Below, one piece after another: positions 63,753-64,000 of a stretch of 64,000 bases of DNA. Below the pieces are notes generated by a model. That model saw only the letters and a program-made list of their open reading frames with translations, made no database searches and had not been told where the DNA came from. Positions within the stretch are counted from its first letter, which is position 1, and the number at the start of each line of letters is the position of its first letter. The DNA comes from a virus (lineage: Duplodnaviria; Caudoviricetes). The stretch lies in the IMG/VR virus record IMGVR_UViG_3300043748_000050, positions 34,040-98,039 of that record. The stretch is one strand, 5' to 3'. The position numbers and the translations under genes are program-made.

Positions 63753-64000
63753 GTGGCCGGTATCCGGGGCATAGTCGACGGCCCGAGTTTCGTCGCGCTC
63801 CCCAACGCGCTGTGGGACGCTGCCCAGCACCCGGACCCGGGCGGTCCCCACTGGCAGCAGGGTGTCACCTGGCAGGAGTGGTGCGGTGGCGGCGCCACGC
63901 TGATGGACGAGTGCATCGCCGTCACGGGCACCGGCGGTTCGCCCGCTGCGCAGACGGCGATGTCCAGCAACGTGGTCCAGCAGAACCGGGGCGCGACCGC
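63753..64000 (+). CDS. second capsid/head protein (partial; pentamer-type candidate)
   Basis: Open to window end; HWQQGVTW..WC; follows major capsid. Confidence 0.5.
   Translation, partial: MAGIRGIVDGPSFVALPNALWDAAQHPDPGGPHWQQGVTWQEWCGGGATLMDECIAVTGTGGSPAAQTAMSSNVVQQNRGAT

Overview
High-GC sequence with Streptomyces-like gene content. It reads as part of a temperate tailed-phage genome that also carries a Streptomyces-type conjugation module, so it is probably a conjugative phage-plasmid or a prophage. The left ~24 kb is mostly minus strand: a glycosyltransferase/methyltransferase/epimerase operon, small accessory genes, TraA, an FtsK/TraB translocase, a Spd-like gene, an HNH gene, RuvC, SSB, a PD-(D/E)XK exonuclease and an SF2 helicase. 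The right part is mostly plus strand: a primase-helicase-PolA fusion, ParB plus ABC-GNAT, terS, cysteine peptidases, an RmlB-like dehydratase, Rpf-NlpC/P60-LysM, terL, holin and endolysin, a tyrosine recombinase, GntR, Gp88, portal, a 2H/MuF/protease fusion and capsid genes. The most striking layer is non-coding. (i) Two type II hammerhead ribozymes (3935-3995, 5095-5155) lie inside an accessory operon, and their pseudoknot strand is part of (ii) a GACCAAGGAA motif found just upstream of the RBS of more than 20 genes. There are also (iii) about 20 copies of a 16-bp AT-rich palindrome (TGRTTTAATTAAAYCA), (iv) a tRNA-like RNA with an elongated anticodon arm, (v) a nested out-of-frame gene and (vi) two promoters matching the RecA-NDp/PafBC DNA-damage motif. 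All calls are by eye from motifs; no database searches were run.
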